A DNA stretch of 64,000 bases from Planctomycetota bacterium. GTDB taxonomy: Bacteria > Planctomycetota > UBA8108 > SXIK01. The DNA is taken from the NCBI GenBank assembly GCA_965223845.1, contig CBDCXR010000004.1, positions 5,344,001 to 5,408,000 on the forward strand, written 5' to 3'. Shown in pieces: positions 58,136-64,000 of this stretch (positions are counted from its first letter, which is position 1; the number at the start of each line of letters is the position of its first letter). The notes under the pieces were generated by a model. It saw only the letters and a program-made list of their open reading frames with translations, did no database searches and had not been told where the DNA came from. A program made the translations under genes and the position numbers.

Positions 58136-60274
58136 ATGCTGAGCAAGATCGCGTTGTGGCTCGTCATCATGCTGCTCCTCGTTGCGCTCTCGTCGGTCCA
58201 TCTCTTGGACGGCACGAGCCCGATCTGGGATCGTCCCGAAGACACCGAGGCGCTCGAGTACGGTAGCGAAGCGACACGAAACGCGACGATCGATCGACTC
58301 CTCGAGGAGCTCCGCGCGGCCGGTGACGACTGGGACGAAGGTCAAGCGTGGGCGATCACGGGCGTGTTCGTCTCCGCACGTCTGCCGTCGAGCGCTCGCT
58401 CTCGGATCCTCGCGGAGTACGCCCGACTCATTCCGAACGACGCCGCGCATCCTCTCGTCTCTCCCTTTCTCTGGTGTGCAGACGAGATGAGCTCGGATGC
58501 GAAACCTGCGCTCCCGGCTCTCCATCGCATCGCCGGCGCAGCCCCCCCACCCGATCCGGGCGACGTCGAACGAGACGACGAAGCTGCCACGATCGCGCGC
58601 GATCTCATCGACCGCATCGAGCGAGGAGAGGAGTCCCCCGGCGTCAACGAACGCGTTTCGCTTCACCGCTTCGTCATGCGCAGTGCGCTCGTGCTCACTC
58701 CCTTCGTCGGCGCCGCCATCGCGTTCTGGCGGGCGAAGCGACGACGAACGGGAGAGACAGAAGAGGATCGACGCCGCTACTGGCGCTGGCGTGGCCTCTC
58801 GTCGGCGCTGCTCTGGATCTCGGCCGTCGGTCTTCCGCTCACGTTCCTTTCCCCTCGAGTTGACGACTCATCCTGGCCGCTCGCGCTCGCGGGTGCTTTT
58901 GCGGGGCTCGTCGCGCTCGACTTCCTCTTCACCGCGTTTCTCTGCCATCTCGACGGGAAGTGGAGGGGGCTCAAAGGGTCAGGGTGGAAGAATTCGCTCC
59001 CCCAAATCTGGCTTCTTCTTCACGGCCTGCCCACACTCGCGGGTTTCGCGTTTCTCGCCGTCGGCCTCCTCTCGATCGGAGAAGACGCCGCGCTCAACCC
59101 GCGGTGGATTCCCATCGCGGCGTTCGCAGTTTTCATCGCGGGATGGCTGATCTGGCCGGGGCCGCTCCGGCGTGCACTCGGCTTCCTCGAGGCCCCCGCG
59201 ACGGAGAAGCTACGCTCGGTCGCTTCTCGTCACGAAGGACGGTTCAGCTCCGTCACCATCCTCCCCGCGTACGACTCGCGCTTCGCCAACGCGTTCGCGA
59301 TGCCCGGGAAGAGCCTCGTCTTCACCGACTGCATCGTCGACGCATGTGACGAAGCCGAGCTCGACGGAATCTTTTGTCACGAGCTCGGTCACCTGGAACG
59401 TCCGGCCGAAGCGCGCTGGCGCAAGGTCTTCGCCACCTCGATCCCGATCGTTCTCGTCGCGTCGGCCTCGATTCTGCCGTGGTGCTATTCGTGGCTCGGT
59501 CCAGTGCGGGCGGTCCATTCACTTCTCCCGCACGGCTGCGCGGTCGCCGCGATCGCTGCGTTCCTCGCCATCGGAGTCGCGTACCAACGAATGAGCCGCC
59601 GCTGGGAGGTTCACGCCGACTCGTACGCGATCGAGCACTGCCGCGATCCCGAGGCTCTCGCCCGCGCGCTCGTCAAGGTCCACGATCTTCTCGAGTTGCC
59701 GCGAGAGTTCCATCCGGACGGACGCGAGACCGAAACCCATCCGAGTCTTCGAAGACGGCTCGCGGCGATCTACGAACATCCGCGTCTCGAAGGGAAGGCG
59801 AACCCGTACGACGAGAGCTCGCGGGAACGCGATCCACGACGCGTCTCTCTCGAGCTCCATCCGGAGAAGCTCGCGATCGTACTGCTCCCGGCCGACGCCG
59901 AAACGCCGCCGTGGGCCGAGAACGGCGCGTTCACGTCGGTCACCCGCACGTCCCGCGAGCTCAGCATCGTTTGCTCAGCGAACCTCGTCCCGCGCGAGCT
60001 CCAGAGCGAGCGAGAGTGGCGCCGCTTCGAGATCGCCGGCGATCTCGACTTCGACGAGATCGGAATCCTCGCGTCGCTCACCGAGCCGCTCGCGGACGGC
60101 GGAGTGAGCGTGTTCGCCGTATCGACTTTTCGCACGGACTCGATCCTTGTCCCCGCCGCCGACGTCGACCGCGCCGCCGAGCTCCTCACCGCCGCCGGAC
60201 ATCGAGTGGAGGCGTCGACGGACTCCGGCGACGTCGCGGCGACTTCATCTTCGAGCGGCCGAACGCGCGACTAG
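58136..60274 (+). CDS. M48 (HtpX/Ste24-like) membrane metallopeptidase fused to C-terminal ACT (CASTOR-like) domains
   Basis: ANAFA, HELGH, EVHAD, THPSLRRRL; C-terminal SVTRT..ELSIV..WRRFEI.G.LDF..GILASL..LAD.GVSVFAVSTF.TD. Confidence 0.8.
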   Translation: MLSKIALWLVIMLLLVALSSVHLLDGTSPIWDRPEDTEALEYGSEATRNATIDRLLEELRAAGDDWDEGQAWAITGVFVSARLPSSARSRILAEYARLIPNDAAHPLVSPFLWCADEMSSDAKPALPALHRIAGAAPPPDPGDVERDDEAATIARDLIDRIERGEESPGVNERVSLHRFVMRSALVLTPFVGAAIAFWRAKRRRTGETEEDRRRYWRWRGLSSALLWISAVGLPLTFLSPRVDDSSWPLALAGAFAGLVALDFLFTAFLCHLDGKWRGLKGSGWKNSLPQIWLLLHGLPTLAGFAFLAVGLLSIGEDAALNPRWIPIAAFAVFIAGWLIWPGPLRRALGFLEAPATEKLRSVASRHEGRFSSVTILPAYDSRFANAFAMPGKSLVFTDCIVDACDEAELDGIFCHELGHLERPAEARWRKVFATSIPIVLVASASILPWCYSWLGPVRAVHSLLPHGCAVAAIAAFLAIGVAYQRMSRRWEVHADSYAIEHCRDPEALARALVKVHDLLELPREFHPDGRETETHPSLRRRLAAIYEHPRLEGKANPYDESSRERDPRRVSLELHPEKLAIVLLPADAETPPWAENGAFTSVTRTSRELSIVCSANLVPRELQSEREWRRFEIAGDLDFDEIGILASLTEPLADGGVSVFAVSTFRTDSILVPAADVDRAAELLTAAGHRVEASTDSGDVAATSSSSGRTRD

Positions 60275-60368
60275 GCGCGTCGAGCAGTTTCCGACCTGAC
60301 GCAAGTCTCGAAGTCTCTTAGACTGTTCGCGACTCCCTGGTTCTCTCTCCTTCGGACGAGGTACACCC

Positions 60369-61406
60369 ATGAAAACGCCGTTCGCCGCCGCGATTCTTCT
60401 CGTTTCGCTTGCCCTCGCCGCTCCCGCGTCTTTCGCGCAAATCCCAGATCCCGCTCCCGAAATCGAACGATTCGATCGCTATCTCGGAAACTGGGAGGGA
60501 GCGGGGACCTCGAAAGAGCTACCGGATTCGCCTCCTCGCTCGTGGACCGCAGTCTCTTCCGTGAAGAAGGTGGCCGAAGGATTCGCGATTCAGGAAGACA
60601 CGACGATCGATTTCGGTGGCCCCGCATCGTTTCTCGTTCGCAATCTTTATTGCTGGGAGATGGAGAACAAGCGCCTCACGAAGTTTTCGGTCACAAACGC
60701 GGACTTTGGAGGCTACGAGCCGATGTACTGGGTCGGTGAGAACCGGCTTACCGGCTCCGTCTCTCGTCTCGTCCAAGGGATTCCCGTCGCTCAACGCTGG
60801 GTGATCGATTTCGCGACGGACAGCTACACGATCCGCATCGATCGATCGATCGCCGGCGGTCCGTTCTTCACGTACGTCGACGGTGAGTTTCATCGCGGCG
60901 GCGAGGGGACGTCGCACGCCGACTCCGGCGGGGAAGTTCTTCTCCCCGCACCGAGAGAGATGGCCGTCACCGCTCCCGCGGCCGGCCGGTGGAAGTTCCG
61001 GGGCAAGTACAGTCCCATGCCAGGAATCCCCGGAATCGACATCTCCGGGCGAAGTACGACGGCGAACATCTTGGGCGGTCATTGCCAGTTCACCGTGATC
61101 GAGGGCGCACCGACTCCGCCGCGCTCCTATCGGGGACTCACGATCGTCGCGTGGGATGCCGAGATCCGACGGTACGCCTCCCTGAACGTCGACAACTTCG
61201 GCGCGGCGAACGTCGAAACCGCGCTTCAGACGGGTGCGCGGCAGCTGACGTATACGGGAACGGCGAGCTTTCAGGGGACGCCGATGGCGACGCGCAGCAT
61301 CGTCGCATGGTCGAGCGACGGAAACCGCGCCGAGGTCGTGGGCCATCGCGCGTTCGGCACGGACGAGCCGGACCAGTTCTTCACGCTGACGCAAGAGCGC
61401 GAGTAG
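60369..61406 (+). CDS. Secreted protein with two DUF1579-like beta-barrel repeats
   Basis: Signal peptide; two repeats P.PE....G.W...G; family assignment tentative. Confidence 0.6.
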   Translation: MKTPFAAAILLVSLALAAPASFAQIPDPAPEIERFDRYLGNWEGAGTSKELPDSPPRSWTAVSSVKKVAEGFAIQEDTTIDFGGPASFLVRNLYCWEMENKRLTKFSVTNADFGGYEPMYWVGENRLTGSVSRLVQGIPVAQRWVIDFATDSYTIRIDRSIAGGPFFTYVDGEFHRGGEGTSHADSGGEVLLPAPREMAVTAPAAGRWKFRGKYSPMPGIPGIDISGRSTTANILGGHCQFTVIEGAPTPPRSYRGLTIVAWDAEIRRYASLNVDNFGAANVETALQTGARQLTYTGTASFQGTPMATRSIVAWSSDGNRAEVVGHRAFGTDEPDQFFTLTQERE

Positions 61407-61467
61407 GAGAAGCGACCGACCACGAAGGGTTCGGTCGGACGACCCGCGGATTTGTGCCGAGATCGGA

Positions 61468-62061
61468 TCAGCGCAAACCGGCGAATCGGCGAATCTCGTC
61501 GAGAAACCCACGACAGTCAGCGCGCGTCGAGAGTTGAGATTCCTGAGCTACCGGAAGAGCGGGAAACGCGTCGCGGAGCATCGCGGCGAACAGCCCGTCT
61601 CCCGGTTGAGCGGCATCGGCGTCGGCCTCCGGTTTCCGTCGGGGCGCGCTCCCGACGCCGCAGCTAGGAGATCGACTCTTGAAGATGTAGCCGCTGATCG
61701 ACATGGCTCTCAGCCTCTCGATCTGGCGCTCACCCCAGTCGACGAGCGCGCACGTCCAGTCGTTCCCCGTCTCTTTTTCGACGACCCGAACTCCCCACCG
61801 CGTGCCGCGATCGACGAGGAGCTCGATCGGCTCACGCGGCGTCGTCATCCCAGCTCCGACCTCCGGGCAAAGCCGTTCCCACTCGACATATGGACCGATC
61901 TCGCGGAGAACGAGATCACAGCGCTTGTGTGCGCCGTCGTAACGGACGCAAGCGCCGGAGAGGCAATCCGAAATCGCGACTCGCGGCTTGTTCGGCGATT
62001 CCACTTCTCGAGCTCTCGCTGTTCCTTCACGTCGGTTTCGCTCGATCGACGAGCCTCCCAT
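61468..62061 (-). CDS. DUF523 / 2-thiouracil desulfurase family protein
   Basis: ISDCLSG.CVRYDG, CPEV..G...PRE, KSRSPSCG, G.GLFA. Confidence 0.85.
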   Translation of the reverse strand: MGGSSIERNRREGTARAREVESPNKPRVAISDCLSGACVRYDGAHKRCDLVLREIGPYVEWERLCPEVGAGMTTPREPIELLVDRGTRWGVRVVEKETGNDWTCALVDWGERQIERLRAMSISGYIFKSRSPSCGVGSAPRRKPEADADAAQPGDGLFAAMLRDAFPALPVAQESQLSTRADCRGFLDEIRRFAGLR

Positions 62062-62170
62062 TCTGTCATGGTCCCGTGCTCGTGTCGCGGCTCTCGTTCT
62101 TCTCGCCCTTCCGCACGATCGTTCGGTTAGACTCGTCGGCAGAACCGCAGTTTCGAACGAGGACTCTCCG

Positions 62171-63571
62171 ATGCCGAGCTCCCCGCGATCCCCTCGATCT
62201 CGACGTCAGTTTCTCCGCACCGCCGGCCTCGCTCTCGGCGCTTGGAGCCTCCCCGTCACGCTTCCCCGGCGACGGCGTGCGCACCGAATGGAAGCGTCGA
62301 CGCTGAACGCCGGACGACTCACCGTCGCGCGCGTCGACAGAACCACCGTGCGACTCCCCTTTCGCGAAGTACCTCGGCGCGCGATGGATCGCGAGCTTCC
62401 CCACTGGCGTTACTCGGAAATCTGCGAGGTTCACCTTCGTTCGGGTGACGTCGGCCTCGGGGAAACGCTGCTCTTCTACACCTGGGGCGCCACCGACGAT
62501 ACCGATGTCGAGCGCGCGCTCGGAAACAACGCCGCCGCGCTTCTCTGGGACGACTCTCTCGGCGCCGGACTTCAGGCGGCGCTCTTCGATGCCGTCGCGC
62601 GCGCCCAGGGGATTCCGATCCATCGCCTCCTCGGGAGGCAAGTCCACGAGCGAACGCCGCTCTCGTGGTGGAATATCGACACGCCCGCCGATGACATGGC
62701 GTCTGAATGCAAGACGGCATTCGACCAGGGCTACCTTTCGTACAAGACGAAGGGACGACCTTGGTTCGACATTTGGGACCAGGTCGAGAAGTCACGGAAG
62801 GTCGTCCCGGAGACGTTCAAGATCGACATGGACTTCAACGAGACGCTTCTCGACGCGAAGCGCGCGCTCCCGATCGTCAAGGACCTCGAGAGCGTCCCCC
62901 AGATCGACATCTACGAGTCGCCGATCCCTCAGCGCGACGTCGAAGGCAACCGAGCGATCCGCGAGGCGACACGCGTCAACATCGCACTTCACTACGGGAC
63001 TCCGCCTCCCGATGTCGTCGTCCGCGAAGGAGTCTGCGACGGCTTCGTCGTGGGCGGCGGAGCGAGTCGCGTGCTCGAGCAAGGTCGCTTCGCGGGCGAA
63101 GTGAAGATGCCGTTCTGGCTTCAGCTCGTCGGAACCGGAATCACCGCCGCGTACTCGCTCCACTTCGGTGCAATTCTGCGCGAGGCGCGCTGGCCGGCCG
63201 TCAACTGCCACCAGCTCTACACGCACTCGATGCTCGAGAAGTCGATCGCGGTCGAAAACGGCACTGCAGCCGTTCCGAACGGACCCGGACTCGGCTACAC
63301 GCTCGATCGGACCGCGCTCGAGCGCTTTCGCGTCGACAAGCCGTCCTCTCTTCCGAATCCGAAACGGATGGTCGAGGCGCGGTGGCCGGATGGCCGGCGG
63401 ATGTATTTCGCGAACGGTCCCGTCAACTTCGTGCTCCGTCCGGGAATGGAAGGGAAGATTCCGTTCTACGAGCGCGGAGTGACGACTCGCCTCTTCCCGG
63501 ACGACGGGAGCGAGTCCTGGAGCGAGCTCTACGAACGCGCGCGGAAGGACGGTCCGTTCATCCTTCGGTAG
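62171..63571 (+). CDS. Mandelate racemase/muconate lactonizing family enzyme with Tat signal
   Basis: SRRQFLR; GLGE, ALFD, YKTK (KxK), DMDFN, YESP, PNGPGLG; GAGGA before ATG. Confidence 0.82.
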   Translation: MPSSPRSPRSRRQFLRTAGLALGAWSLPVTLPRRRRAHRMEASTLNAGRLTVARVDRTTVRLPFREVPRRAMDRELPHWRYSEICEVHLRSGDVGLGETLLFYTWGATDDTDVERALGNNAAALLWDDSLGAGLQAALFDAVARAQGIPIHRLLGRQVHERTPLSWWNIDTPADDMASECKTAFDQGYLSYKTKGRPWFDIWDQVEKSRKVVPETFKIDMDFNETLLDAKRALPIVKDLESVPQIDIYESPIPQRDVEGNRAIREATRVNIALHYGTPPPDVVVREGVCDGFVVGGGASRVLEQGRFAGEVKMPFWLQLVGTGITAAYSLHFGAILREARWPAVNCHQLYTHSMLEKSIAVENGTAAVPNGPGLGYTLDRTALERFRVDKPSSLPNPKRMVEARWPDGRRMYFANGPVNFVLRPGMEGKIPFYERGVTTRLFPDDGSESWSELYERARKDGPFILR

Positions 63572-63579
63572 CGGCAAGA

Positions 63580-63999
63580 TCAGGGCTCGAGCGCGAGCAC
63601 GACGTCGGAGCCCGCGACGTTCTGAATCCCCTCGTGGTCGACGCCATCCGGTCCCGAGCTGTAGATCAAGAGTCGACCGTCGAAGAGCGCAAGCTTGATC
63701 TGCCGGCCGTCGTAAGGATCTTCGGGTAAATCGTCGATCCACTCGGGAACGAGATCCTCGGCCTTTTCGGGGAGTGAGCCCTTCGCCGATCGGTAGGCGG
63801 CTGCCGCGAGAGCGACCGCCGCGAGACGGTAGTGCGTGCGTACGCTCGCAGCGGCGCGCGGGTAGAACTCCGCGAGCGTGGGTGACAGCCGCTGCGTGAC
63901 GAGGCCGCGCTGGGACGTCACCGATCGCAACCAGCCGCGGTCGGCGGCTTGGGTCCGAACTTCGGGATACGGAAGTCGAGCGCGTGTTTTCTGCGCGCG
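63580..63999 (-). CDS. Hypothetical protein with pseudopilin-like C-terminal motif (5' truncated by window)
   Basis: Frame is open to the window end; ..AY....G.LP....DLVP.....LP.DPYDG...IYS.GPDG.D.G. Confidence 0.6.
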   Translation of the reverse strand, partial: RAQKTRARLPYPEVRTQAADRGWLRSVTSQRGLVTQRLSPTLAEFYPRAAASVRTHYRLAAVALAAAAYRSAKGSLPEKAEDLVPEWIDDLPEDPYDGRQIKLALFDGRLLIYSSGPDGVDHEGIQNVAGSDVVLALEP

Positions 64000-64000
64000 C

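Overview
High-GC bacterial chromosomal segment, very probably Planctomycetota. This is inferred from a PVC-type CxxCH cytochrome/dehydrogenase, a DWG-type Hanks kinase, a dockerin-like C-terminal tag, DUF1080 domains and Tat-bearing enolase-family enzymes. It holds about 37 CDSs: housekeeping genes (ilvD, fba, trpBA, mutM, nth), carbohydrate enzymes, a two-component system and several unusual multidomain fusions. I saw no rRNA, tRNA, CRISPR array or mobile element. The strongest novel signal is a ~1 kb non-coding gap (9510-10538) that appears to hold a complete sigma54-dependent ncRNA gene on the minus strand. It has an activator-type palindrome, an IHF-like AT-rich site, a -24/-12 promoter, a ~450 nt AUG-free body of GC stems with C/U-rich anti-Shine-Dalgarno-like loops and linkers, and an intrinsic terminator. 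Divergent from it is an uncharacterised operon: NfeD/YqiJ-like protein, flotillin, and a 1742 aa AAA+ ATPase. All calls come from motif recognition by eye; no searches were run.
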